In this document: piece by piece, positions 21,290 to 34,858 of the stretch | How positions within the stretch are numbered: the stretch's first letter is position 1 | How the letters are laid out: each line of letters opens with the position of its first letter | Sequence record: NC_041936.1 | Source: Escherichia phage ECD7 | Direction: 5' to 3' (one strand) | Length of the DNA stretch: 64,000 bases | Notes under the pieces: generated by a model | What the model saw: only the letters and a program-made list of their open reading frames with translations | Database searches by the model: none | Told to the model about the DNA's origin: nothing | Translations under genes and position numbers: made by a program

Positions 21290-21874
21290 ATGGCATATTA
21301 TTATCTATATCAAATAACAAATAATTTAAATGGGATGGTCTATGTTGGTATGAGAACGTCCAAAAAACCAATAGAAAAGGATTCTTATTGGGGGAGCGGA
21401 AAACGAATTAAAAGAGCAATAAAAAAGTATGGAATAGAGAACTTCACAAAAACTATTCTTTCCACACACAACACGTTAGAAGAACTAGCTTTAGCAGAAA
21501 AAAAGATAGTGACTAAGGAATTTGTAGAAAGAGAAGATACATATAATATTGCTCTGGGTGGAGTGAATAGAGGTTCTTTGTGGGATGACATGGACGAAGA
21601 AACAAAAAATGAAGCAAGAAGAAAAATATCTGAAAAAGCATCCAGTCGAAAAAGAGAATCTCACTCAGACGAGACTAAAAATAAAATGAGTCAATCGGCA
21701 AAAAATAGAAAGAGAGATTGGGAAAATTTTAAAGGCGCAAGAAAAATTATGGCAGAAGGTGTTCTATACCTAACCACTCAAGAATGTTGTAGAAAGTATG
21801 GGATATCAGCCGCTTCTATGAGGAAACGAGTAAAGTCAACCGCAGAAAAATGGAAGGAGTTTTATTATGTTTGA
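21290..21874 (+). CDS. GIY-YIG homing endonuclease (Seg-like)
   Basis: N-terminal [17 protein letters not shown] (GIY...YIG), NUMOD3-like [12 protein letters not shown], basic C-terminus; inserted between genes 13 and 14; AT-rich. Confidence 0.8.
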   Translation: MAYYYLYQITNNLNGMVYVGMRTSKKPIEKDSYWGSGKRIKRAIKKYGIENFTKTILSTHNTLEELALAEKKIVTKEFVEREDTYNIALGGVNRGSLWDDMDEETKNEARRKISEKASSRKRESHSDETKNKMSQSAKNRKRDWENFKGARKIMAEGVLYLTTQECCRKYGISAASMRKRVKSTAEKWKEFYYV

Positions 21875-22619
21875 CTCTACATTATTTGCCAGATTGGAGT
21901 CACAGAAGGATTATGAGAACACTAGACAAACAGAAATTCTCAATCCTTATGTGAATTTCAATTCACATACAAATACACAAACTCTAGCCGATATTATGGT
22001 TGCCGAGTCTATACAAATGCGCGGCGTCGAGATGTACTACATACCGAGAGAATTTGTTAAACCTGATATGATATTTGGGGAGGACGTACAAAGCAAATTC
22101 ACTAAGGCGTGGAAGTTTGCAGCGTACATAAATTCTTTCGATGGGTATGAGGGTGCTGGCAATTTCTTTCAATCTTTCGGTTATACCGCTAATGATGAAT
22201 TAACCATAACCATAAATCCAAATTTATTCAAACATCAAGTAGACAACCAAGAGCCTAAATCCGGCGATTTGTTTTACATTCCTATGAGCAACGATTTATT
22301 CGAAATCTCATACGTCGAGCCATATCAGCCGTTTTTTCAGGCTGGCAAAAATGCCATGCGTAAAATTATTGCAGAGAAATTCGTGTATAGCGGCGAGGAA
22401 TTGCGACCAGAATTACAACGCAATGATGGAATTAATGTTGATGAGTTTGCGGATCTGGATCTTGCACCGATCACTAATCTGGACGGGTTAACAGATATCA
22501 ACTTAGATCAGTACAAAGAAGATAAGCAATTCAGAAGCGAAGGACAAGATTTTATTGATCCGTTTGATCCTATTAATGCAAGGGTTCACCTTTCGCCGAT
22601 TTTTGATAAATACTCATAA
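21867..22619 (+). CDS. 14: neck protein gp14
   Basis: 250 aa, synteny. Confidence 0.85.
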   Translation: MFDSTLFARLESQKDYENTRQTEILNPYVNFNSHTNTQTLADIMVAESIQMRGVEMYYIPREFVKPDMIFGEDVQSKFTKAWKFAAYINSFDGYEGAGNFFQSFGYTANDELTITINPNLFKHQVDNQEPKSGDLFYIPMSNDLFEISYVEPYQPFFQAGKNAMRKIIAEKFVYSGEELRPELQRNDGINVDEFADLDLAPITNLDGLTDINLDQYKEDKQFRSEGQDFIDPFDPINARVHLSPIFDKYS

Positions 22620-22632
22620 ACAAGGGGGTCAA

Positions 22633-23466
22633 ATGTTCGGTTGGCACTATAATTCGTCAATTAGACGGTATATTGTATTGCTGGGTAATTTATTCTCCGG
22701 CGTACAAATTAAAAGGGTGCGTAGCGACGGTGAGCGTTTTATTAAAGTTCCTATCACCTACGCAAAGAAAGAAAAATTCATGATGAGTCTGGACAAATAT
22801 AACAACATCTCAAGTGAGGAAGACGTAGCAAAGGTAGAAACTATTTTACCGCGTATGTGTCTTTCTTTGATTGATATGACATACGCCCAGAACTTTAAAA
22901 CAAATATTGCAAATAAGACAGTACCAAAATATACGGCTGATGGAATCAGGAGCATAACACAATATAACCCTGTACCATATAAGTTTACTTTCGAGTTAGG
23001 GATTTATACGCGTAACGAAGATGATATGTTTCAGATAATTGAACAGATTCTTCCTTACTTCCAGCCTCATTTTAACTGTAAGATTAAAGAACTACACGGT
23101 AATGATGTATGGATTGATCGAGATATTCAGGTCACAATTAGTTCTATTACTCCAGATGAACAGGTAGGCGAAGATAAGTTTTCTCGTCGTCGTCTTGAGT
23201 GGACCATTATGTTCGAATTTATCGGGTTTATATATCCTCCAGCTACCGACGTTAAGGGGGAAATCAGAACGATTTATCTTGATTTTCATGCCAATTCTCG
23301 TGAATTGAATCCTAGCGGTAATTTTGAATCAGTGGATCACGAGGTCGTTAAACGTGACGTCGAGCAAGAAGAATGGGATGGAACAATCAAAGAATCATAT
23401 TCTAGTGATATTCCAATACCAGTTGCACCGACCCCACCGGGTCCACGTATTGTAAGAGAATTTTAA
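22633..23466 (+). CDS. 15: tail sheath stabilizer / tail completion protein gp15
   Basis: Start at ATG 22633 (AAGGGGGT SD) rather than track start 22555, which overlaps gene 14. Confidence 0.8.
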   Translation: MFGWHYNSSIRRYIVLLGNLFSGVQIKRVRSDGERFIKVPITYAKKEKFMMSLDKYNNISSEEDVAKVETILPRMCLSLIDMTYAQNFKTNIANKTVPKYTADGIRSITQYNPVPYKFTFELGIYTRNEDDMFQIIEQILPYFQPHFNCKIKELHGNDVWIDRDIQVTISSITPDEQVGEDKFSRRRLEWTIMFEFIGFIYPPATDVKGEIRTIYLDFHANSRELNPSGNFESVDHEVVKRDVEQEEWDGTIKESYSSDIPIPVAPTPPGPRIVREF

Positions 23467-23479
23467 GAGGTAATTTATT

Positions 23480-26790
<3,311 letters not shown>

Positions 26791-26824
26791 ATACGATAAT
26801 GCATAAAAAGATGAGGAAATTCTA

Positions 26825-28825
26825 ATGACTCTATTATCACCGGGTTTCGAAACGAAAGAAACTACTCTCTCCACTACCATTGTGCAATCTGCGACTGGTC
26901 GCGCGGCACTGGTAGGTAAATTCCAATGGGGTCCAGCTTTCCAGATTATTCAAGTAACTAATGAAGTTGAATTAGTTAATAAATTTGGTCAGCCGGATAA
27001 TAACACCGCAGACTATTTCATGAGCGGGGCTAACTTCCTCCAGTACGGTAATGATCTGCGTGTTGTTCGTGTATTGAATAAAGAAAAAGCGAAAAACGCA
27101 ACTGCCCTAGCTGGTAACGTCGAGTTTGAAATCACAAACGAAGGTTCAAACTATGAAGTAGGCGATACCATCAAGATTAAACATAACCGTCAAGATATTG
27201 AAACGGCAGGTAAAGTAACTAAAGTTGATGGTGATGGTAAAGTTAAGGGTGTATTTATCCCAACTGGTAAAATTATCGCTCACGCTAAAGCAATCGGTGT
27301 ATATCCAGAACTTGATGGCGATTGGACGGCAGAGTTCACTTCTTCGTCGGGTAACGGTAGTGCGGCGCTGTCAGTAACGAAAATTGTTACTGATTCCGGT
27401 CTTCTGTTAACGGATCTGGAAACTTCCCGCGCCAATATCACAAATCAAACTTTCTTGACTAAACTCAAGAAGTATGATATGCCAGCGGTAAGCGCGATCT
27501 ATGCTGGTGAGATTGGCAACTCGCTGGAAGTTGAAATTCTGGCGCGTAGTGCGTTTAAGAACACAGCACCGGAACTGACCATGTATCCTTATGGTGGCGA
27601 GCGCACCGCAGCACGCAACCTGATTCCATATGCACCGCAGAATGATAATCAATATGCATTTATTGTTCGTCGCGATGGTGTTGTGGTAGAATCCTATGTA
27701 CTGTCTACTCTGAAAGGGGATAAAGACGTATATGGCAATTCTATCTACATGGACGACTTCTTTGGTCGTGGTTCTAGCCAGTACATCTATGCAACCGCTC
27801 AAGGGTGGGTAGATGGTTTCAGTGGTATTATCTCTCTTGCCGGTGGTGTTTCTGCTAACGAAGCAACGACTGGTGGAGTTGGTGCTGATCCGTTCATCGG
27901 TGCGATGATGCAAGGTTGGGATCTGTTTGCTGAACGAGAATCTATTCACGTAAACCTGTTGATCGCTGGTGCATGTGCTGGCGAAGGCGATGCGTTCTCT
28001 ACCGTACAGAAACATGCTGTTTCCATCGGTGATGAGCGTCAGGATTGCTTAGTAATGGTTTCTCCGCCACGTAGCACTGTTGTTAATATTCCGGTGACTA
28101 CTGCAATTGATAACCTGATTGCATGGCGCGAAGGTTCAGGAAACTATAATGAAAACAACATGAACATTAATACCACTTACGCGGTTATTGATGGTAACTA
28201 CAAATATCAGTATGACAAATACAACGACGTAAACCGTTGGGTTCCGTTGGCTGCTGATATTGCTGGTTTGTGCGCTCGTACTGATGCTGTATCCCAGCCG
28301 TGGATGAGTCCGGCAGGTTATAACCGTGGTCAGATCATGAACGTGGTTAAACTGGCAATTGAGCCTCGCAAGGCGCACCGCGATCGTCTGTATCAGGCTG
28401 CAATTAACCCGGTGATCGGTGCTGGTGGTGAAGGGTTTATCCTGATGGGTGATAAAACCGCTACGACTGTTCCTAGCCCGTTTGACCGCATTAACGTTCG
28501 TCGTCTGTTTAACATGCTGAAAAAGAATATCGGTGATTCAAGCAAATACAAACTGTTTGAAAACAACGATAACTTTACTCGCGCTTCCTTCCGTATGGAG
28601 GTTTCGCAATATCTCAGCACGATTCGCTCTCTGGGTGGCATTTATGACTTCCGAGTACAATGCGACACCACGAATAACACGCCGGATGTAATTGATCGTA
28701 ACGAATTTGTTGCTAGTATGTTCATCAAACCAGCAAAATCGATCAACTATATCATGCTCAATTTCACTGCTGTTGCAACTGGTTCTGATTTTGACGAAAT
28801 TATCGGTCCAGTTAACCAGGCATAA
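26825..28825 (+). CDS. 18: tail sheath protein gp18
   Basis: 666 aa, synteny. Confidence 0.9.
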   Translation: MTLLSPGFETKETTLSTTIVQSATGRAALVGKFQWGPAFQIIQVTNEVELVNKFGQPDNNTADYFMSGANFLQYGNDLRVVRVLNKEKAKNATALAGNVEFEITNEGSNYEVGDTIKIKHNRQDIETAGKVTKVDGDGKVKGVFIPTGKIIAHAKAIGVYPELDGDWTAEFTSSSGNGSAALSVTKIVTDSGLLLTDLETSRANITNQTFLTKLKKYDMPAVSAIYAGEIGNSLEVEILARSAFKNTAPELTMYPYGGERTAARNLIPYAPQNDNQYAFIVRRDGVVVESYVLSTLKGDKDVYGNSIYMDDFFGRGSSQYIYATAQGWVDGFSGIISLAGGVSANEATTGGVGADPFIGAMMQGWDLFAERESIHVNLLIAGACAGEGDAFSTVQKHAVSIGDERQDCLVMVSPPRSTVVNIPVTTAIDNLIAWREGSGNYNENNMNINTTYAVIDGNYKYQYDKYNDVNRWVPLAADIAGLCARTDAVSQPWMSPAGYNRGQIMNVVKLAIEPRKAHRDRLYQAAINPVIGAGGEGFILMGDKTATTVPSPFDRINVRRLFNMLKKNIGDSSKYKLFENNDNFTRASFRMEVSQYLSTIRSLGGIYDFRVQCDTTNNTPDVIDRNEFVASMFIKPAKSINYIMLNFTAVATGSDFDEIIGPVNQA

Positions 28826-28858
28826 TCAGTAAATTAGCATAGATTAAAAGTTAAATCA

Positions 28859-28879
28859 AGCGGGGAGAAAATCCCCGCT
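28859..28879 (+). promoter_or_regulatory. conserved hairpin GCGGGGA-gaaaa-TCCCCGC between genes 18 and 19
   Basis: 7-bp stem, 5-nt loop, no strong T-run; paralogous hairpins at 29406..29424 and 51044..51070. Confidence 0.5.
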
Positions 28880-28898
28880 CTATTAAGGAATATCAATT

Positions 28899-29393
28899 AT
28901 GGCACTCGATTTGAATGATATTACACGCGGTTTCGAGTCTGGCGATTTTGCTCGTCCCAACCTGTTTGAAGTTGAGATCCCGTATCTGGGGCAAAACTTT
29001 AAGCTGATGTGTAAGGCTGCGACTGTCCCGGCTGCTACCGTAGAAAAAATTGCTATAGGCTATCAAAACCGTAAAATTAACATCGCTGGCGACCGTGTAT
29101 ACGACGACTGGACCATCACTGTATTCAACGATGACGCACACAAGATCCGTGATGCTATCGTTGCATGGAGCGATCAGACACACGGCACTGGTTCGGCGAT
29201 CACGGGTGCAACTCCTGCACAATATAAGAAACAAGCTATTGTTCGTCAACTTAACCGTAACACCGAATCAACTAGCGAAAAAACATTGTACGGTATTTTC
29301 CCGACCAACGTTGGTGAAGTAACCCTCGATTGGGAACAAAACAACGAAGTTGAAACGTTTGAAGTTACTTTTGCTATCGATTGGGTAGAATAA
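28899..29393 (+). CDS. 19: tail tube protein gp19
   Basis: 164 aa, synteny. Confidence 0.9.
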   Translation: MALDLNDITRGFESGDFARPNLFEVEIPYLGQNFKLMCKAATVPAATVEKIAIGYQNRKINIAGDRVYDDWTITVFNDDAHKIRDAIVAWSDQTHGTGSAITGATPAQYKKQAIVRQLNRNTESTSEKTLYGIFPTNVGEVTLDWEQNNEVETFEVTFAIDWVE

Positions 29394-29405
29394 ATATATT
29401 ATCAT

Positions 29406-29424
29406 GCGGGGAGAAGTTCCCCGC
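29406..29424 (+). promoter_or_regulatory. conserved hairpin GCGGGGA-gaagt-TCCCCGC between genes 19 and 20
   Basis: Same stem as 28859..28879. Confidence 0.5.
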
Positions 29425-29451
29425 CTAATTTCTCCCAATTCGAGGTGAATA

Positions 29452-31017
29452 ATGTTTAGTAGATTAAAAATGCTTGCGCGTTGGGCTGATTTTGACAACG
29501 ACAAATACGAAGAACAAATTAAAGATAAAGCAGAGTCTATCGCCGCACCTAAAAACAATGATGGTGCTACGGAAGTAGAAATTAATGATAATTTACCTGC
29601 TAGCGCGTGGAACTCTCTTACCCAGCAATTTTACAGCACCGACCAGAAAATCAGCACAACTAAGCAATTAGTTAACACATATCGCGGTTTGATGAATAAC
29701 CATGAAGTCGAAAACGCTGTACAAAATATCGTTAACGATGCGATTGTATTTGAAGAAGGTCATGAAGTTGTTTCATTAAATCTTGAGGCGACTGGCTTTA
29801 GTGAATCTGTAAAAGAGCGCATTCATGAAGAATTTAAAGATCTTTTAAACACTATCCAGTTTGATAGGCGCGGTCAGGATATGTTCCGTCGCTGGTATGT
29901 CGATTCGCGTATTTTCTTCCATAAAATAATCGGCAAAAATCCAAAAGATGGTATCGTAGAATTACGCCAGCTTGACCCACGTAATCTTGAATATGTTCGC
30001 GAGATCATTACAGAAGACACACCGGAAGGTAAAATTTATAAAGCAACGAAAGAATATTTCATTTACACTGTAGGCAATAGTTCTTATTGCGCGGGTGGTC
30101 AAGTATTCTCTCCTAATAGTCGCGTTAAAATCCCGCGTAGTGCTATTACATACGCTCACAGCGGCTTAATGGATTGCGATGATAAATATATCATTGGTTA
30201 TTTGCATCGGGCTGTTAAGCCAGCAAACCAGCTTAAATTGTTGGAAGACGCAATGGTCGTTTATCGTATCACGCGTGCACCGGAACGCCGAGTGTTCTTT
30301 ATTGATACCGGAAACATGAACAACCGCAAGGCTGCACAGCACATGAACTCAGTGGCACAGTCTTTTAAAAACCGCGTTGTTTATGATGCATCGACTGGTA
30401 AACTTAAAAACCAGCAAGCAAATCTATCAATGACAGAGGACTACTGGTTACAGCGTCGAGATGGTAAAGCAATCACCGACGTTACTACTTTACCAGGTGC
30501 ATCCGGTATGAGTGATATCGATGATATTCGCTACTTTAACCGTAAATTGTATGAAGCGTTACGCGTTCCATTGTCACGCAGCAATCTCTCCGATGCTAAT
30601 ATGGTGATCGGTGGTGATGGTTCAGAAATTACTCGCGATGAGTTGGAATTTTCGAAATTCATTAGAACTCTGCAATCACAGTTTTCGGAAGTATTGCGCG
30701 ATCCTCTGAAATATAATCTGATTCTCAAAAATGTAATTACGGAAGATGATTGGGATCGTGAAATAAATAATATCAAGGTGGTTTTCCATCGGGACTCTTA
30801 CTATACAGAAGTTAAAGACGCGGAAATTTTAGAACGTCGAATCGGTCTAATCGAACGTATTACACCTTACATTGGTAAGTATTTCTCTAACCAGACAGTG
30901 ATGCGTGACATTCTGAAATATACCGATGACCAGATGGACACCGAGAAGAAACAGATCGAAGAAGAAGCGAACGATCCGCGCTTTAAACAAACTCCCGATG
31001 AAATAGAGGATTTTTAA
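29452..31017 (+). CDS. 20: portal vertex protein gp20
   Basis: 521 aa, synteny. Confidence 0.9.
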   Translation: MFSRLKMLARWADFDNDKYEEQIKDKAESIAAPKNNDGATEVEINDNLPASAWNSLTQQFYSTDQKISTTKQLVNTYRGLMNNHEVENAVQNIVNDAIVFEEGHEVVSLNLEATGFSESVKERIHEEFKDLLNTIQFDRRGQDMFRRWYVDSRIFFHKIIGKNPKDGIVELRQLDPRNLEYVREIITEDTPEGKIYKATKEYFIYTVGNSSYCAGGQVFSPNSRVKIPRSAITYAHSGLMDCDDKYIIGYLHRAVKPANQLKLLEDAMVVYRITRAPERRVFFIDTGNMNNRKAAQHMNSVAQSFKNRVVYDASTGKLKNQQANLSMTEDYWLQRRDGKAITDVTTLPGASGMSDIDDIRYFNRKLYEALRVPLSRSNLSDANMVIGGDGSEITRDELEFSKFIRTLQSQFSEVLRDPLKYNLILKNVITEDDWDREINNIKVVFHRDSYYTEVKDAEILERRIGLIERITPYIGKYFSNQTVMRDILKYTDDQMDTEKKQIEEEANDPRFKQTPDEIEDF

Positions 31018-31260
31018 ATGAAACAATTTATCGAAGCAATTAAAACTCGCGATCTAACGCTGATCGAAAAAGAATTTGATAAGATCATGGAGGCTAAAAA
31101 AGCCAGATCATCGAATCCCAGCGTGTCGAAATCGCATCCAGTATCATGATCGAAGGTGAAGAAGAAAAAGACCGCGATGATGAAGAAGATATGGAAGATG
31201 AGGACGACGAAGACGAAGATCGCAAAGAAGATAAAAAAGACAAAGAAGACGACGAATAAT
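31018..31260 (+). CDS. 67: prohead core protein gp67, interrupted by a -1 frameshift at an A6 run (80 aa if corrected)
   Basis: N-terminal frame MKQFIEAIKTRDL...EAKK stops at 31147; acidic C-terminal frame ...IMIEGEEEKDRDDEED... runs 31098..31260; frames join at AAAAAA 31096..31101. Confidence 0.6.
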
Positions 31261-31271
31261 AGGAAGCCAAC

Positions 31272-31679
31272 ATGATTAAAGATTTTACTCCTAAAGCTGA
31301 CTTAGAAACTTTTCTGCCGGAAGCACAGGAAAAATTGGACATGTTGGCTATGTTTGAGTCAGAAGAACTATTGAAAATCGTTGAAGGTATCTCCGAGGAT
31401 GAGCCGGAACTGGCGGTAGCAATGCTGTCTATCATCGACGGAATTACTGTAAATGAAGCAATGGTTAAACATGTAAACGCACGCGGGGAAGTTGCACGTA
31501 AGAAAGATCGCAAAACCCGTGAGCGTAATGCTTACATGACTACTGGCCTAAGCAAAGCTAAACGCCGTCAAATTGCCCGTCGTGCTGCAAAAACCAAACG
31601 TGCAAATCCATCTATCGAACGTCATGCGGAACGTAAGCGCAAAAAAGCAATGCGTAAACGTAAGGCGTTAGGATTATAA
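31272..31679 (+). CDS. 68: prohead core protein gp68
   Basis: 135 aa, synteny. Confidence 0.8.
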   Translation: MIKDFTPKADLETFLPEAQEKLDMLAMFESEELLKIVEGISEDEPELAVAMLSIIDGITVNEAMVKHVNARGEVARKKDRKTRERNAYMTTGLSKAKRRQIARRAAKTKRANPSIERHAERKRKKAMRKRKALGL

Positions 31680-31690
31680 CAGGAAACAAC

Positions 31691-32386
31691 ATGGAAAAGA
31701 ACGAATTACTGATCGAACAATGGGGCGTTCCTTGTGCTCGCGGTAGTTCGTCATTGCTTGAATCATTTGATGATAAGGCTACAGGAAATCTCTATATTCA
31801 AGGGATTTTCCTGCAAGCCGAAACGGTAAACCGCAATAAACGCTGGTATCCTCGCAGTGTTCTAGAAAATGCGGTTACTAAATACATACATGAACAAGTT
31901 GAGACACATCAAGCTCTAGGCGAACTTAATCACCCAGCAAGAGCAATGCCAGATCCATCTAATGCTTGCATCATAATTGAAAAATTATGGTGGGAAGGTA
32001 ATAACGTGATGGGTAAAGCCCGTGTTATTGAAGGGGATAAAGGCGCAGGTGATAAACTTGCTGCACTGATTCGCGCTGGCTGGATTCCTGGCGTTTCATC
32101 CCGTGGATTGGGTCGTTTGAAAGACTCAGGTCGCGGATACAATATTGTACAGGAAGGTTTTGTGTTGACGGTTGGTGTTGATGTTGTATGGGGTCCGAGC
32201 GCACCAGATGCGTGGGTAACTCCGGTGGTTGAGTCAACGGATAGCGATTCTAGCGCGTCAGACGCACCAGAAAGCGATAAAACCGAAAAAGTGACTAACC
32301 CTACAGCCTCACAACAAAACATCGTAGAATCGAATAATAGCGCGTTTATGGCGCTCGCAGAAGCGTTATCTAAACGCTATAAATAA
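31691..32386 (+). CDS. 21: prohead core scaffold protein and protease gp21
   Basis: 231 aa, N-terminus LLIEQWGVP, synteny. Confidence 0.85.
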   Translation: MEKNELLIEQWGVPCARGSSSLLESFDDKATGNLYIQGIFLQAETVNRNKRWYPRSVLENAVTKYIHEQVETHQALGELNHPARAMPDPSNACIIIEKLWWEGNNVMGKARVIEGDKGAGDKLAALIRAGWIPGVSSRGLGRLKDSGRGYNIVQEGFVLTVGVDVVWGPSAPDAWVTPVVESTDSDSSASDAPESDKTEKVTNPTASQQNIVESNNSAFMALAEALSKRYK

Positions 32387-32417
32387 TAACGTCGTTATCA
32401 ACAAGAAGGTTATAACC

Positions 32418-33212
32418 ATGCTTAAAGAAATGCTGCTCGAAGAAGCAAAACAGATCACCGTAGACGTTGCTCTCGATGACCTGTTTGAATCCGTCGAACT
32501 GTCGCCGGAAGTAAAAGAAAATTTTGGTACTATCTACGCTCAGGCGGTAAAAGCTAATGCTGTTGCACTGGCAGAAAGCCACATTGAAAAAATCGCCGCT
32601 AAAGCCGATGAACTGGTAGAATCAAAGGTCGAAGAAGCACGCACCGAGATTGAAACCAAACTGTACGAAGATGCAGATAAATTCCTGAATCACTTAGGCG
32701 CTAAATGGCTGGCGGAAAATAAAGAAGCCGTTACCCGTAATATTAAAGCGGATCTGTGCGAATCCCTGATTGGTTCTCTGAAAGATGTTTTCGTTACTCA
32801 CAATGTTGTAGTACCGGAAGAATCTGTAGACGTTGTTTCTGAACTTGACGAAGCACTCAAAGAAGAAAAAGAAAAAACCTCCGAACTCTTTGATGCCAAA
32901 CTGCAACTTGAAAGCGAAATTCGTGGCATGAAGCGCGAACAAGCGATCAATGAAAGCACTCGTGATCTTTCCGATACTCAGAAAGAAAAAGTAACCGCGC
33001 TGATTGAAGGTCTGGAATATAGCGAAACTTTCGATAAGAAATTAACTGCAATTGTCGAAATGGTTGCTAAGAAAGAAGACAAACCAGCGAAGATTGAAGA
33101 ATCACTAAATACTGATGCCGACAAGCTGAATGTTATTGCAGAAGCTGTCGAAGAATCAGAGAAAAAGGCAACTGTAGATTCCGGCGTATCCCGCTACCTG
33201 AATTTCATCTAA
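32418..33212 (+). CDS. 22: prohead core scaffold protein gp22
   Basis: 264 aa, acidic coiled-coil protein, synteny. Confidence 0.85.
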   Translation: MLKEMLLEEAKQITVDVALDDLFESVELSPEVKENFGTIYAQAVKANAVALAESHIEKIAAKADELVESKVEEARTEIETKLYEDADKFLNHLGAKWLAENKEAVTRNIKADLCESLIGSLKDVFVTHNVVVPEESVDVVSELDEALKEEKEKTSELFDAKLQLESEIRGMKREQAINESTRDLSDTQKEKVTALIEGLEYSETFDKKLTAIVEMVAKKEDKPAKIEESLNTDADKLNVIAEAVEESEKKATVDSGVSRYLNFI

Positions 33213-33230
33213 TGTAATTCAAATCTACTT

Positions 33231-33238
33231 TATAAATA
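33231..33238 (+). promoter_or_regulatory. T4-type late promoter TATAAATA upstream of gene 23
   Basis: Exact TATAAATA 34 nt upstream of ATG 33272. Confidence 0.6.
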
Positions 33239-33271
33239 CTTTAGGTTAACAACAAACAAGGTTTAAAGAAC

Positions 33272-34858
33272 ATGAAAACTACCAAAGAACTGATGGAAAA
33301 ATGGTCCCCGCTGCTGGAGAACGAAAAACTGCCGGAAATCGCAACTGCGTCTAAGCAGAAACTGGTTGCTAAAATTCTGGAATCTCAGGAAGCGGATTTT
33401 GCTGTAGACCCGATCTATAAGGATGAAAAAGTTGTTGAAGCATTTGGTGGCTTTATCACCGAAGCAGAAGTTGCTGGCGACCACGGTTATGACGCATCTC
33501 AGATCGCGGCTGGTCAGACTACTGGTGCAATCACCAACGTAGGTCCGGCTGTTATCGGTATGGTTCGCCGTGCTATCCCTAACCTGATCGCATTTGATAT
33601 TTGTGGTGTTCAGCCGATGAGCACTCCGACTAGCCAGATCTTTGCAATCCGTTCTGTATACGGTCCTAACCCGCTGGCATCTCAGGCGAAAGAAGCATTC
33701 CATCCGATGTATGCGCCTGATGTGTTCCATAGCTCTCTGGCTGCTAAAGGTGCAACCACTGGTTCCCCGACTGGTACTCCGTTTGCTAAACTGGAAATCG
33801 GTACTCAGATTGCATCTGGTGATATTGTTCACCACACCTTCGCAGAAACTGGTATTGCATATCTGCAAAACGTTACCGCAGACGCAGTAACCCCTACCAA
33901 AGCAGGTCAAGAAACCGCAGACGAAACTGTTATGAAGCTGATGGAAGAAGGTAAATTGGCTGAAATCGCTTATGGTATGGCTACTTCCATTGCCGAAATT
34001 CAGGAAGGCTTTAACGGTTCCAGCAATAACCCGTGGGCTGAAATGTCAATGCGTATTGACAAACAGGTTGTTGAAGCGAAATCTCGCCAACTGAAAGCCC
34101 GTTACTCTATCGAAGTTGCGCAGGATCTGCGTGCTGTACACGGTATGGATGCTGACGCTGAACTGAATGCTATCCTGGCTAACGAAGTTCTGCTTGAAAT
34201 CAACCGTGAAATCGTTGACGTCATCAACTTTACCGCTCAGGTTGGTAAGACTGGTATGACTCAGACCGTTGGTTCTAAAGCTGGTGTATTTGACCTGCAA
34301 GACCCGATCGATACTCGCGGTGCTCGTTGGGCTGGTGAATCCTTCAAATCTCTGATCTACCAGATCGACAAAGAAGCTGCTGAAATCGCTCGTCAGACTG
34401 GTCGCGGTGCGGGTAACTTTGTTATCGCTTCCCGTAACGTTGTAAACATTCTGGCTTCTGCTGATCAGGGTATCAGTCTTGCTATGCAGGGTGCTGCAAA
34501 AGGTCTGAATACCGACACCACTAAAGCTGTTTTCGCTGGTGTTCTGGCTGGTAAGTACAAAGTGTTCATCGACCAGTATGCTCGTCAAGACTACTTCACC
34601 GTAGGTTACAAAGGCGACAACGAAATGGATGCTGGTATCTACTATGCTCCGTATGTTGCTCTGACTCCGCTGCGTGCAACTGACCCGCAGTCTTTCCACC
34701 CGGTTCTGGGCTTCAAGACTCGCTATGGCATCGGCATTAACCCGTTTGCAGACAGCAAATCCCAGGCACCGTCCGCTCGCATCACCTCCGGTATGTTGAG
34801 CAAAGACAGCGTAGGTAAAAACGCATACTTCCGTCGTGTATGGGTTAAAGGTTGCTAA
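33272..34858 (+). CDS. 23: major capsid protein gp23
   Basis: 528 aa; extended identity to remembered T4 gp23 (e.g. GPAVIGMVRRAIPNLIAFDICGVQPM, DAGIYYAPYVALTPLR). Confidence 0.95.
   Translation: MKTTKELMEKWSPLLENEKLPEIATASKQKLVAKILESQEADFAVDPIYKDEKVVEAFGGFITEAEVAGDHGYDASQIAAGQTTGAITNVGPAVIGMVRRAIPNLIAFDICGVQPMSTPTSQIFAIRSVYGPNPLASQAKEAFHPMYAPDVFHSSLAAKGATTGSPTGTPFAKLEIGTQIASGDIVHHTFAETGIAYLQNVTADAVTPTKAGQETADETVMKLMEEGKLAEIAYGMATSIAEIQEGFNGSSNNPWAEMSMRIDKQVVEAKSRQLKARYSIEVAQDLRAVHGMDADAELNAILANEVLLEINREIVDVINFTAQVGKTGMTQTVGSKAGVFDLQDPIDTRGARWAGESFKSLIYQIDKEAAEIARQTGRGAGNFVIASRNVVNILASADQGISLAMQGAAKGLNTDTTKAVFAGVLAGKYKVFIDQYARQDYFTVGYKGDNEMDAGIYYAPYVALTPLRATDPQSFHPVLGFKTRYGIGINPFADSKSQAPSARITSGMLSKDSVGKNAYFRRVWVKGC

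Noticed and set aside
22555-22632. Track start of gene 15 at 22555
   Set aside because: Overlaps the end of gene 14; the ATG at 22633 has a strong SD and follows the gene 14 stop.
27407-28015. 202-aa minus-strand ORF inside gene 18
   Set aside because: Antisense to a well-supported tail sheath gene; low-complexity, Cys/Arg-rich translation typical of a spurious reverse-frame ORF.
31094-31513. 139-aa minus-strand Ser-rich ORF across genes 67 and 68
   Set aside because: Antisense translation of the acidic GAA/GAT-rich gp67/gp68 region; explained by the sense genes.
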